Shown here piece after piece: positions 13,997 through 27,900 of a stretch of DNA of 64,000 nt; the first letter of the stretch is position 1; each line of letters begins with the position of its first letter. The notes below the pieces were generated by a model, which was given only the letters and a program-made list of their open reading frames with translations, searched no databases and was not told the DNA's origin. Location of the stretch: the NCBI GenBank assembly GCA_904063045.1, contig CAJFCJ010000019.1, forward strand, positions 3,106,684 to 3,170,683, written 5' to 3'. Origin of the DNA: Dimorphilus gyrociliatus. Lineage: Eukaryota; Animalia; Annelida. The translations under genes and the position numbers were made by a program.

Positions 13997-16900
13997 ATGC
14001 TGCTGCTATACTACAGTACGATAATCTCCATTTTCTTCTTCACATCTGCAGGTTAATTTTTTGAGATACTTTTAAAAAAAATACATCAGAGTGATGTCAA
14101 TAAATCGAAATTAGTTCAGTGAAGCTTGACGTTTAGTACAGTAGCTAAAATATATGAAACATAATTTCATTCAAGTATTTTTTATTATATATAATGATCA
14201 ATTTTGACCCAATACTCTTTCAAAAGGCTTTTGTATTTAGGACAAAAAGAGATCTCTCATAAATCTTTTAGAACTAAATACAAAATATATTTAACGAATG
14301 CTAAATATTTAATAAGAGATAATTTTTCTGAAAAACTTATCTCAATTCTTACTTAAACATATTTGATTTAGCTGGAATAAACACATCACCAAGTTTTAAC
14401 CCTATCAACGGCTTTGTTCTAACAAATGAGTCGAGGCCTGCTGGAGAAATAATAAATGTAGATATCAGCGCAACTGATGCTGATCAAGATGATGTCTTAA
14501 CATTTGAAATAACGAGTGATTTTGCCAAATACTGGCTAAAGTTGGAACCGTCTAACCAACCTAGGAAAGTATATATTGTAACCAAACAAGTTCTCGATCG
14601 AGAATCCGTTGATAAATTTGATGTTAGTCTAAAAGTATCTGATGGAAACGGAAATAGCGTTAGTTTTTCACCTCTTTCTCCTGAAATTATAAATTCAAAG
14701 TTACCATATTAACAGGATCAAACGAGTTTTACCTTAATTGTTTTGGATATAAACGATAATGCACCACAGTTCGTTGGGCAGCCGTATGAAATCTTCGTAT
14801 CAGAGGTTATTTATCTAAATACTATAATATATCTTTAATCCAATATAATTAAGATAATAATTAAGAACAATTTGTTTACAGAATGAAGAATCTGGTCGAC
14901 ACTTGTTTACTGTAAATACTACTGATGCAGATAACTCTCCATTTAATATTGTAACATGTGCTTTAAAAGTTTGTAGTTCTTTATTAATCGGATAATAACT
15001 TTCATAGAAATATCTTTAACAACAGAATAATTTAGATACTTTTGAGTTGACTTCAACAGGAAGATTGACATTAATTAATACTTTGGATTATGAAAAAATA
15101 AAGTTTTATCAGCTACACATTATAGCAATGGTAAGCTATTAGAAATATTAATAAATGTCTTCGTAGCCGTCCCAATAAGAACTTTAAACAATTTAAATTT
15201 AACTTGTATATTCCTAATTAGGTATAATAATGCTTTATAGAACAAAATATATATCAATATATTATGCTGTAAAAGCTTTTTCTTATATAATTTATGACTT
15301 TTGTCCAAATTGCGATCAATAATATCATTCCTACATGTGAATTGTAAAACTAGCAATTTTTGACGTTTTAGAACAAAGGCACGGGAGATACGGGAAATTT
15401 AAATAGTACAACGAATATTCTAGTCCATGTTGTTGATGAACAAGACACTCCCCCAAAATTTCAGAATTTGCCAAATAGTATTGAAATTTTTGAAAATGCA
15501 ACTATGGTGAGCTGTTGTCAAAAAATATACACTCTCCTTTTCTTATTAATTCTAAACGAAGTAATTCGTTAACAGGGTCAAGTTATTTATAGTGTTTTAG
15601 CTGTTGACGGAGACAAAGGAGTGCTTAATCCGAATAGGATAAGTTATGATATTGTATCGGGATCGTTTGAAAATATCACCTTAAATTCTGATACCGGTGA
15701 ATTGACTTTGTCTGGTTCTCTTGATAGGGAACATCCTGATTTGATAGGTAGATTTGGTTCTATTAATTTGGTCATTAAAGCAACAGAAGTAGAACAAGTA
15801 AATAGTGGGGTTAGTGAAAAACATGCTGTATCGACATCAACTCTCAATATCAAAGTCATTGATATCAATGACAATAAGCCTACATTTAATGCCAAGATTT
15901 ACGTAGGTAAAATTATAGAAAATTCGCAAGAAGGGGCAGTTGTACTTTTGAACCCGCCGTTAATTGTTCGAGATCCGGATGAAGGTCCCCATGGAATTAT
16001 GAATGTCACGTTATTCAGTGACATCTTCATTCTATCTCCAAAAAATCTAATAGCAAACGAAGCGTCCCTGCTATTACGAGTTTCAAATTCAACAGCTTTG
16101 GATTATGAACAGAATACCAATTTTACTTTTGACATTGAGGTAAAAGAACATCAGACCAACGAAGAATATAGTAATACTGCAACAATAATTGTACAAGTAA
16201 TTGATATTAATGACAATTGGCCAGTTTTCGACAATTCAGATCCATATGTTGTTTCAATACTGGAAAACTCTCCTATAAATACATTTGTAGCTAACATTTC
16301 AGCAACCGATAAAGATTCGGGAACTCTTGGCGAAATTTCATATTACATTCGAGGTGCTGATGCTCAAAAATTTATAATAGATTTACATAAGGGTATAATT
16401 AAGGTCGGAGTAAAGGCCAACGAGGATCACACATTGTTAGATAGAGAGACTAAAGAAAAAATATTTCTAATTGTTGATGCAATAGATGGTGGAGGTTATC
16501 GATCTTCCCTTTCTTTGGCAATAAATCTCACTGATGAAAATGATAATCCACCTAAATTCTCAAGGACATCTTATGATGGATACGCTAGAGAAAACTCTGC
16601 TGATTTTGAAAGTAAAATTATTTTTATCGCTGAAGATCCTGATGAAAATCATAAATTAGAATTTACAATCCAAGGGAGTAATTTAACCGATTTATTTTAC
16701 GTTCAACAACTCTCACCATTTACAGCTAGATTAAATATTGTTAAGCCAATAGACTATGAAAGTCTTAACCCTTCTCTTAAAGGAAATTTATCGTTTAATG
16801 TAATTGTTAGCGATGTTAGTAGGACCAACCCCTCAACATCCTTGAACTCTTCAGTTCCTCTTAATATATACATTTTAGACTTGAATGATGAAACACCTGT

Positions 16901-19900
16901 TTTTGTTAAACCATCACACAACGTCTCTATAAAAGAAAATGCAACAGAAGGTGACAGTGTTTTCACAGTTAAAGCGAAAGATGGAGATCTATCGTCGCCA
17001 AACAATGATATATTCTACAGAATTGAAACCGGAAGTAGAGATCAATTTCAAATAGATCCAAATTCAGGACTAATTACAGTCGATAAAATGGCTCGGCTCG
17101 ACAGAGACATCATAGACGAATATGAAATGATTGTTGTTGCTATTGATAGAGGAATTCAGACTAATACTGGTACAACTACAATTTACTTGCAAATAGAAGA
17201 TGTCAATAATAAGATACCCTTTTTTAATCCAATGAAGCAATCAATAGCCATTTATGAAAATGTTACAATTGGTAGTGAGATTTATACTGTAAAAGCTTTT
17301 GATTCTGATTTAAATTCTGATCTAACATATTCCATAAAAAGCGTTACAGGAATGGCCACTAAAGGCTTGAAAGTTGATGACCTTTCAAGTGTATTTTCAG
17401 TGGAGAATAAGACTGGCGTAGTAAAAACGAGGAAAAAATTGAACAGAGAGGAGATTAAAACATTTTCTATAGATATATTTGTAAGTGATATGAATGCTTT
17501 TCAACCTGAATTCCAAAATTCAACTATGACTTTAACTGTGGAATTGAAGGATGTTAATGATAACCCTCCGAAATTTGAAAAAAGTGAATATTACGCTAAC
17601 AGTTTGAGGGAAGATGCTAAAATAAATTCACCTGTGATAACAGTAAATGCTGTAGATGAAGATGATCCAGCGACGGATAATGCCAAAATTCAATATTCAA
17701 TAGACAATACTAGCACAAACGCCTCGGGTTTGTTTGGTGTTGATGAAAAAACGGGATCTGTATTCGTCAGCAATAGTCTAGTCAACAAGACCGGCATGCG
17801 TTTAATAACTGTTCTTGCAACTGATAAAGGAACACCTAGTCTGTCGAGTAGTACTCTCGTTAAGGTCTACGTTGAGGATGTAAATGATCAATCACCAAAA
17901 ATTATTCATCCAGATGCCAATAAAATACTACATGTTCTAGAGAATGAACCCGAAGGAACTTTTATAGAACACTTTAAAGTCGCTAATTATGATACTGAAA
18001 GCGACGAGGAGATGCTTTTTGAACTGAAATGGACCCCTGATAATGATTATCGTGAAAAATTTCATATTGATCCAAAGACTGGTATTTTAGCAACATCTAA
18101 AGTACTAGATAGAGAGGAAAAGAAAGAATATTTGCTACACGTTCAGGCTTCAATAGACCAGAAAGAAGACAATAGAATACACCGTCTAGAAATTGCTGAT
18201 AAGGATGATAATCTACCGTCTTTCAACCGTGACCTTTATAAGATACCCTATATAGTTAGAGCTTATGAAGAGAAGGAAAATGTGGCAATTGCAAATCTCA
18301 GTCTTGCTACAGATCCTGATGTGAATAGCAGTATTTGTTATTATTTAGCTGGTGGTGCAAAACCGTGGAAGGACCACTTCTCTTTAAAGAAAGATACAGG
18401 AATTCTAATGATTAATAAGAAGCTTGATAGAGAAAGAGTCAATATGGTAGATTTAGTCGTTAAAGCCGATCCAGATTGCTTTACAAATAAATGGCAAAAT
18501 GCCAGTTTAACTTTCAATATAAGTGATTCAACTGAACTACTCGTGCACATTCTTATTCAAGATATAAACGACAATCCACCTTTCTTCGTCAAATCCTCTT
18601 TTGTTGCAGGAGTAAGCAAAGAATCGGAGTTTGGTTCCGAAGTTCTCAATTTACAAACTGTTTCTATTGATTATGATATCAATGAAAATGCAAACTTAAC
18701 TTGGTATATAATATCTAACTTTCGTTTGTCCCCTACATTGAAGACACACTTCCCCAAGGATTCCCTTCCTTTTACGATCATTCCTCACGAAGGAATAATT
18801 AAAACTAACGTATATTTTAAAACAGAATGGGAAGGAAACATTAAATTTGATGTTCGAGTGAATGATTCAAATCCTAGTCATGTTGACAATGCCACAATAT
18901 CGGTAAGTTAGATAACAAACAATGGAATTTAAGTAATATAGTCTCTCTACAACAGGTGTACTTATTAAATGAAAAACAAAGGGTTATAGTAACAGTTCTT
19001 TTAACAGCGGAAGAAGTAAACAAAAGAAAAGAACACTTTTCCAAAGTAATGTCTAACATTACTGGCTATATTATAAATGTTGATACTATTCGGTAACGTT
19101 CTCCTTGGTAAATGTATACTTTATAACTCATTGATAGTTGTTTATCCATTTAGGATACATCAAAGTTCGCAATCTACTCCCGATAAAAATAAAGCAGATA
19201 TGTTCATTCATGCAATAAACCAAGATTCTGGCACAGTTATTGATTCTGTTGAATTAATAAAGTAATTTAAAAAATGTAAAATATTCTTTAAAAATCAATA
19301 TTAATAATGGAAATTTTTGCAGAATAATTGAAGAAAAGAAAACCTATAATCGTCTTGTTCCACTTTTTCGACAATATAACGTAATAGAAGTTAAAGAAGC
19401 ATTCGAAAATAAAGAAGAAAGTACAGAAAATAAAATACCAATTCTTGTTCTAGTCTCCGTGGTTGTTTTGTTATTTTTGATAATAATTATAATTAGCGTT
19501 ATATTCTACTATAACCATAAAAAGTAATATATTCTTAATAGTAATATTTACGTTAACTATATCTATAATAACAATAATTTCAGAGATAAAAGAAAATTGA
19601 AGTCCTTCAAAACCTATGAAATAAGTCAGTATTTTATTTCGTATATATAGTTTTCGTATCTTAACTAGTTTTTGTTTTTTTACTTCATTTAGCTAACGGT
19701 CGTACGAAGATGAAAGAGTCAGAAATTCCTACTTCTAATTTACAACCAACGTTATGCGAAGGGTATATTATATTACTCTGATATTTTGAAGATGATATCA
19801 TCATTATGTACATTTTCTTTTATTTGTTTTTTATAGAACTAATCCCAGCTGGTTAACTTTGGAAGGGCAAACCAATTTTGGGGTTATTATGCAAAATAAT

Positions 19901-20104
19901 TCAGATGATGAAGGATCAATTGAAAGTAATGTTGTTGGTCCAGATTTAAATTATGAAGAGCAGAGAAGAGTAATGACAATATATCCAGATTGCGTTACAT
20001 ATTCAAATGGATGTTCAAATAACGTTAACAAAATTGCCAATACAAATTACGCTATCGGATTGGACTTGAAAAATGGGCCAAATATAGAAATAACTGACAT
20101 CTAG
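13997..20104 (+). CDS. CDH23: CDH23/Cad87A-family cadherin: signal peptide, 12 EC repeats, membrane-adjacent domain, TM, PDZ-binding tail
   Basis: Signal exon 13997-14051 (MLLLYYSTIISIFFFTSA, phase 1) splices to 14372. I count 11 DxNDNxP-type linkers. A MAD-like segment (EKQRV...VMSNITGYIINVD...LFRQYNVIEV), TM, EGTNPSW motif and C-terminal IEITDI follow (human CDH23 ends LEITEL). A non-coding 5' exon probably ends at the gtaagt donor at 12921. The symbol is family-level. Confidence 0.88.
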
Positions 20105-20361
20105 TCTACGATTGTTTAAAGGTGCTTTAAAGAAAATGTCTTTATTCTAATAATACTATTGTAAAAAAAAAAAGCACTTGATAAACATCTATGCAAATTT
20201 AGTCGAAACGGTATTAAGCTCGACAGAAATATTGTTAATATTGTTTTTCAACAGTGCACAAGCGTTTTTTCCGAGTGTAATTTCTCTTTTTTTTTAATAT
20301 AATTCAATACACAAATTATCACAATTTTTTTAAAAGGCTATAAATAAATTACCTAAATCTT

Positions 20362-20385
20362 AGAGAGAGAGAGAGAGAGAGAGAG
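20362..20385. repeat. (GA)n microsatellite
   Basis: agagagagagagagagagagagag read directly. Confidence 0.9.
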
Positions 20386-20565
20386 GAATAATTATATTTG
20401 TTTCTTTGTTTTTTAATAGAAAATTTCGATCTTGAAACCTTTTCAAAAGGTAAAAAGAAAATCAGCTGAAATGATAAAAATCAATTGTTTTTTTTTTTTG
20501 ATTTGCAATAATTAACCTGTATTTTTTGTTTTGACAACACATCATTCTTTTAATAATTTACGTTG

Positions 20566-20787
20566 TTACCATCCATTCGTTTTAAAATCCGGACCATTTG
20601 GACCATTTTGACGTTTTCCTATTCTCGCTTCTTTCTCATTTCCAAATATTTGACAACTTTTAATACATTCGTTAACGCTAAATGATTCGTCGCTGAGATT
20701 GACGGATCGAAGACTCCATTCGCTACTTAGATCACACGATAGGAGAAGAAATCCAACGAGTAGAGAGAAACACAACTCTTTTCTCAT
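20566..20787 (-). CDS. Putative small secreted peptide precursor, 73 aa as one exon
   Basis: ATG start, signal-peptide-like MRKELCFSLLVGFLLLSCDLSS, a CxxxC pair and a G-K-R site. It is richer in GC than its flanks. No family recognised. Confidence 0.45.
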   Translation of the reverse strand: MRKELCFSLLVGFLLLSCDLSSEWSLRSVNLSDESFSVNECIKSCQIFGNEKEARIGKRQNGPNGPDFKTNGW

Positions 20788-21214
20788 AATTCGAATACGT
20801 GTGTCTTATGTAATATTTTAGTAAAAACTATACCGAAAATGTCTCTCAGTGAGAAACTTCGAAAAGAATGAAAAAATGTTGGTTTTATGCAAAGATTTAG
20901 AATAAATTAATGAAAAATTCCTAGACAAATTAAAATCTATTGTTAGTAGCTTAGTTGAAGATTTTAATATTCTCTCAGCTTCTTACCTTTCCTATTCTTT
21001 TATAAAACAACGTTTAATAGTTGATTTTAAATTAATTGCGAATATTTTTAGCTAAAAACCAATTTTATCATTCTTCTTGTTATTTATAATTAAAAAGTAT
21101 ATAAATTTTAATTAGACGCTTCAATTAAAATAGACTCTTTTTATTTTAACTTATACTTTCAATGAATGACAATTGTCCATCATTAAAATATAAACACTGA
21201 CTATTGAATATTTA

Positions 21215-21815
21215 TCACAATTCTCCTCTATTTTCCATTAGGTTCCTCATTATTTCTAATCTCGCTAATTGAGATTTAAATTGTTGTCTCTGAGAGCTTA
21301 CTCTCTTCATTAGAAAATCAATTTTGTACTCTTCTTGATCCAGTGGTTGTAAGTCATTTTTCTGCGAAAATTGACAGTAATTATTCAAATTATTTACTTA
21401 ATTTCTTTTACTTACATAAGCAATGGCAGCCGAGATTGATTCTACACCTCCAATCTCTAAATCAAATTCTTGAAAAAATAGATATGAATTACCATCCGGT
21501 CTTTCAACTAAACAACTCTGTCTTTCGCTATCATCTACGATTGTCATTCTCCACTTTTCATTTGTTCCACCTTGTGCTACATAATTGAATGTGCATCGAA
21601 TCGAACCCTGTTAAAGAAAAAAAATGTCGTATTCTAGTTTAGTGTTGATCACGTCGAAAACTAGCCAATCGATTTTCAGCCAATAATTTAGTTCCACCTG
21701 GCTTTACATTAACGTCGAAGGAAGCCTCCTTCGCCTTTACTTCTAAATTGATAAGCGATAAGATGCAAAAGAGAGTTAAAAAATGAAAGTCATAATGTTT
21801 TGAGTTTGCCGCCAT
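21215..21815 (-). CDS. MYDGF: Myeloid-derived growth factor (UPF0556), 3 exons, 162 aa; absent from the ORF track
   Basis: Exons 21815-21666, 21607-21416 and 21361-21215 give a signal peptide plus FDVNVKPGG...GSIRCTFNYVAQGGTNEKW...CLVERPDGNSYLFFQEF and a KDEL-like C-terminal RGEL. Intron 1 needs a GC donor. Confidence 0.93.
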
Positions 21816-21998
21816 GTTTGTTTACATCTAGCACTAACCAATCAAAATCTGACATGTAAATTTCAAATCAGATAGAACTTAAACTAAACTGGTAATAGTG
21901 TTTTTCAGTTTAAAATACTTGAACAGTTGATAAATTTATTTAAGTAACTCTAATTCACAAGTGAAGGGTCTTAGTTAAAGTTATTTCAGGTGAGTATA

Positions 21999-24900
21999 TT
22001 AAACTTTTGTGTCTGCAATAGAAATTCTTCTTAAGTCAACTTTTCCTGCCTCTTTTGCTTCCTTTAAAGATACTTCATTGTCAAAAACATTAACAGAATT
22101 CAAAGCGAGTATTAAATCATCCATATTACAATTTGATAATTCGTCTTTTTCTTTTACTATACTTGATATATATTCACAATCATTGTCGCTATCTTTACAG
22201 TTATTGCTATAATGCTTTAATTCATTGCTACCAGATAGATCACTGTTTTTAAAGATTGGACAGCAAGGAAGTCTAAATATTACAAAGATTAAAAGTGAAT
22301 ATAATCCAGTGCAAATGATGAACAAACAAAATAGAATTAACATCCACGAATGATTCAGAGTTAAATGCAATCCTCCCCACAACCAAGCAAATATTAGAAA
22401 CAGCCAACTAATAAGTAGATATCGTAATTCATAAAGGTTAAATCTATTCACGTATATATCATCTTTAAACTGCCAACTCGCCTTTTCTCTGGATATTTGA
22501 ACCATAATGATAAGAATTATTAGAGAAAATACCACACAGGGAAGTAGAATGCCAATAAGAACGTTATATCTATTTTGTAAAAAACAAACATCTCCATTAC
22601 CCTGAACATCGCCGTATATGTTGGGATCAACTTCAATTACGTATTTATTAATAAGGTACGTCCCAATATAAAAGCAACCAACTAAAAAGCCAGGTAGAAT
22701 CCAATTTAATAACATATAAGCAACATATACTTTTAGATTATGCTTCTTCTTTGTAATTAAACTTCTCCAAAAGTTTAAAGATTGACTAGTTGAACAGGAA
22801 AATTGCGCAATGAAAAAATATTGCAGAATAACTCCTATTGCAGTACAATTATTCTTGTTTGATAAAATTTTTTCGCTGAAAAACGTATCAAGAGTATAGC
22901 AAGCCAGAAAGCTAAAAGAAGCAAAGAACATGTGCATATGAAGATCAATAGGGAAAAGGCCGTCATTATTGCATGTATGATGAAAGAGTAAGATAATGAA
23001 GAGACAGATCTGAAAATAAATAAAAAAAAAAAGAGTATAGTTTTTTTTTTAAAAAACAAATAAAAAAGAGTCTTACCAAACAAAATATGACTGATATATA
23101 AAAGTACAGCCCAAAATTTGAAGAATTTGTCATATCTTTCATTAAAACTGCAAACTGCTCTCCTGTTTTACATTCACATTCAACAAACTTTTCATTTAGT
23201 CTTTGACCAGTCAATGCTTTACAAAATGTATTGTCAAAATGTGATTTATTATTGATATTCATTCCAGAGCAGCTTAATTTTTTGTCTTGTTTGTCAACCA
23301 GTTTATCACTAATTCGATACGAAATAGATTTCAAATTTATAGGATTCTTTTCATAGTTTATAGTACAAGACAAAATCTAATTGGTAAAAGAAAATGTTTA
23401 TCCTTTGGTGTTAATTATTATTGTGTTTTAGAGATACCTTCTTTCCGTAAAAGTCATTACTTTTTACTATATTTTTGTACCATAGGGTACTTTTATATTC
23501 AATTATAGTGAACCTTCCGCATTTACGACGATCAATATCTCTTGTATTAGAAGATATTTTAATATAATCGCTCTTCGTATATTGAATCCTAAAATCTTGT
23601 AAGGAAGAGATATTTTTAATACCAAATACTACTTTTAATGTATCGCATTCCATTTGAGATCTACCGATAAAACATAGTGAATTATATGTAGGATTTCAAT
23701 GAAGGTAATACTAACTCAATAGGACTACATTGTTGCTCTTTTGTAGGAAACGTTAATAGTAGAAAGTCACGTAATAGATTTACGAAATCGGAATTACCAT
23801 GTAAATAATCTTTACGAGTAGATTGAAGTAAGATGCAAAACGTTTCAAATATATCTTGATATAGACTATCATTCCATAAGTTACTTTCCAGAGAAGAGAA
23901 TAAAAATTTCAATAAAGCTTTCATCATATCACCGGAAGTATTAGATAGTGGACTTTTAGCAACGTTGATTAATTGTCGGGTTGTACTGCAAAAAAAAAAG
24001 AAAAAGACAAAAGAACTTTAACGTTTGTTTACTATTTAATTTATATAAATTGTATAAATATTCCTACTAACGATGTAATAGCCGTAACATTCGTTGCTTG
24101 ATATACTTTAAAATCATTAAAAATAATCCATATTTGGTAGATATCGTCGTTTACTATCGTAACGTTTATTTCCGATATTCCTAAGCTAAAAGTAAAAAGT
24201 GATAGTACTTAAAAGTATAAATTAACATTATAAACTGTTTGTTACCTAGCCGAATTTGATAATTCGTATAGTAATACAGTAAAAAATTTAGCTTTTGATG
24301 TGCTTATATTCAATTTAATATTAACGGCAATTTCTTTCTATAAATTTAAAGAATATAAAGATTATTTCAACGAAATTATTATCATTATCGTTATACTTAC
24401 CATATTCGGTTCAAATACAAACTCTTTATCAATTTTTTGAAATTCACCATTAACGGCTCTTTCCACTTTGGACTCGGGTAATTGTATTGAATTTAATGGA
24501 CTTTCGGTTTTTAATTTAAACGTTATACGTTTACCAAGAAAACCTTTTCTTTCAATTTTTAAATCAATATGCGATTTAGACGTTTTAACAATAGTATTCT
24601 CTGTTGTTGATACTAATTGGATAAAACCATTTGGATAATCGTTACCCAGAACAATGATTTTACATTCGTCTTCTTTATCATTTATCCTTGCTCCTTCGCC
24701 AACTTTATCAATTTTAACGAAAAAATACGTTTCGTTTTCTGGTATTTTGTCATTTCTAAAGGGAATTTCAATAAATGTACGATTGGTAAGTTTCTCAAAT
24801 TGCGTTGTTCCTTTCATTGACAATATCTTCCTTTTTAATAATTCATTATTCACAGGTAAAACGAACCAAGATACCTGTAATTTTTCAAAAAATGCATTTT

Positions 24901-27900
24901 TCCTTACGATTGGTATTTTGATAATTGATTGAGAATCTTCGTCATAAGTAAAAGAAAGCTTTTCGAATCCAACAATACCATTCCACATATCATTTGGTTT
25001 AATTGTAATGGTAGCGTAACTTTTAAAACTATTGTTTTGATTAGCAAAAGCAACGGCTGGATTCTCTGAACTAAGATATATAAAACATTCTTCAAAACTT
25101 TCAGGTAACAAATCATCTTGAATGTAAAATTTAACAGTATGCATTTTATCATCAGGATAGAAACTTATAAGTTGATCTAGAACTTGATAATCTTCGTAAG
25201 CAGAGCTTTTCTTTTTCATATCTCTGATTTCTAAGGCTTTTTCAATAGTCTTATCACTGTTTGATGATGGAACTAACCAACTTTCACCACCCCCTATTGA
25301 CCTTACTCTAATATCTACTCGTTGTTTTGTATTGAAGTGTTGAATAATCTTTAGAGTAATCTCACTTGGTTCGTTAACAAATGTCTGCTCGGATTGAATA
25401 GAGAACACACCATAAGGATTATCATTCTTTTCTATAAGGATTTTTGAATAACTTAGATCTTTTGATGACATGCACAAATTTGTTTTACATGTTATTTGAG
25501 TTATAGTTAAGGTCAGAATTTCATCTAATTCGGCTTCTTCGTCATCTAATATTTCGACTTTTACAACTTTTGTAACTTCTTTTTCAGCAAATACAACTTT
25601 TCCATCGTTTATTGCTCTATAATCAACATCTTTGGTAGTATTTATGTCGCTAGTTTGAAAAAATACTATAATGGCACCTAAATTCCCAAAAAAACGATTC
25701 ATTTCTATTGTTACATAGCCCGAATCTTCTGAGGTTTTGATTAAACGTTGCTGTTGATTGACTACAATGACACCTTCAGGATATATTTTTACACTTTTGT
25801 ATCTTTCATCAATTAGAACACCACCCGAAGAATTAATAAGTTTTACATCAGAAATAACAACTTCGCATAAAAGATTGACTAAGCTTTCTTTTTGCATTGA
25901 AATTTCAAGTTCAATGCTTTCTTCTCCATCAATAAAAATATTTGTACCATCAGTTCCGTTTAAAAACTTTGAACTGGAGAACAAAGCCCACTTAACACTT
26001 AAATATCCATAGAAACCATTTCGAAATATTTGTAATTTAATTCTCTTTTCATTATCAAAAGATTCATTGACTTTTATACCAACAATACTATTCGCATATC
26101 TCTCAGTTACTTCAATAATGAGTTTTGTTCTATCTTCCCGAATGCTTGGTTCAATTTCATCTGAAAAGAAAGCAGTTATTATTCATTCAATAAGTATTTA
26201 ATTAACATAAACACCTCTATTAATTGTTTGTAGGGATACGGATTTAATTTTTATAATAAAAGATTCTCCTTTCCTTAGGAATAAATCTGTTTGAATTTTA
26301 CTTGAAATCTTTTGCGTATCTTCATTTTCTTTAAATTTTATTGAGTAAACTTTCTCGTCATTGTCCTTCTCAATTGTATAAACAAGTCTCACTTCGCCAG
26401 ATAATCCTCTATAACGATAGAAAACGAAATTTAAAGTACGCAATTTCGTATTTTTATTTATTTCTAAGGATGGTTCCAAAGGCAAAATTCCAAATAGTCC
26501 ATAAGGGTGTTGATTTGCTCTAAAATTATAAACATTTAACGATAATACAAGCATTTATTGATACTATTTTTTTTACCTTATTGAAAAAGAACTTTTATTC
26601 AACTGTGAACTTATTTCAGCACCTCCAATAATTTTAACGATATTAATTGAAAAATCTTCCCGAAATTCAGGAACCTCATCGTTAATAATTTTAATTTCTA
26701 TTACACCATTTCGTGATCCATCTTTAATTTGAATGGAACCGGATAATTGGGTAAAATCTTTCTTATTCTTTTCCATATTGTTCTTAGCTCCTTCTTGTTG
26801 AATATTCCAATAGATACTTATATCTCCAATTGTTCCCAAACTCCTGTAAATTGGAAATGAAACTATCTGAAAATCATTTGCTTCTTCAAAGAGACGTTTC
26901 TGTAGAGATATACCAGAAAACTCTACAATTCCATTTGGATGTAAGTATTTTTTGACCTTTGAAAGAGATGAACAATCTTTCAGAATCAAGAATGTATATA
27001 CAGTATATGAATATTGTTATATAATTACTTTTATAGACAGAAAGTACATTGTTTGATAATCTGCCAAAGTACCGCCTTCTGATGACTGAATCATTGACAT
27101 GATAACGCGGAAATTTTTTTCAATTTCCCATTGTAAACCGTGCTTTTTAATTTGAAGAGAAAATGTCTTATTGTTTACTTCTTTGTTTGTCCATAATAGA
27201 GAGATTTTTGTTGAACAACCTCCCCTTTCAATGAAACAAATATCATCAACGTTTTTTATATCTAAATATCTATTTTCAAAAATCTGTTGCAACTGTAAAA
27301 ATACTTTAATTGATCCTTTTGAATGTCCATTCCTTCCGATTCCAGCCGTAAAAGATGTATCTTCTGATGGATTTTCAAATTCATATATAACAGGTTTTAT
27401 AAACTCTAAATGCCCATATGGAAAATCAGATGTATTGATGACTACTGTAGTACTATTATCATTAACTTCAACTGGTATGGCTCCTGTTATATCATAAATT
27501 AAAATTAAAAATGAAAGAGAAATATTCCAAATAATTAACGTAAACATATTTTTTTTGACAACAAGAAATGTAGGTAAATGCGTTAGATTATACGCTAATA
27601 AAAAATACCTGAAGCGGAACGGATATTGATTATAAACAATTCTTGCCCTTCCGCAATATTGTCGTCGATTATTTCTACAAGCAGGAAAATTTTTGACTCA
27701 GTAGGTCTTACGATTATCGTATCAGTCAACAGTCTATAATCAATATTTCTTTCTGCTGAAATATCTTTCGTATCGAAATGTATTATTACATCTTCATAGT
27801 TATCTCCTGATATTTGAATAGGTATTTTCAAAATCTTTCCCTCCGATCCATAAAAGTTTCGTACTTCAAATTTAATTGATACTTTTGAAATCTTTGTATA

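Noticed and set aside
14316-14343. 12-bp AT-rich hairpin, and an 8-bp long-range stem with 14061-14068, in cadherin intron 1
   Set aside because: The two pairings compete, the residual length of about 35 nt does not fit the modal size, and stems like this are near chance level in AT-rich DNA.
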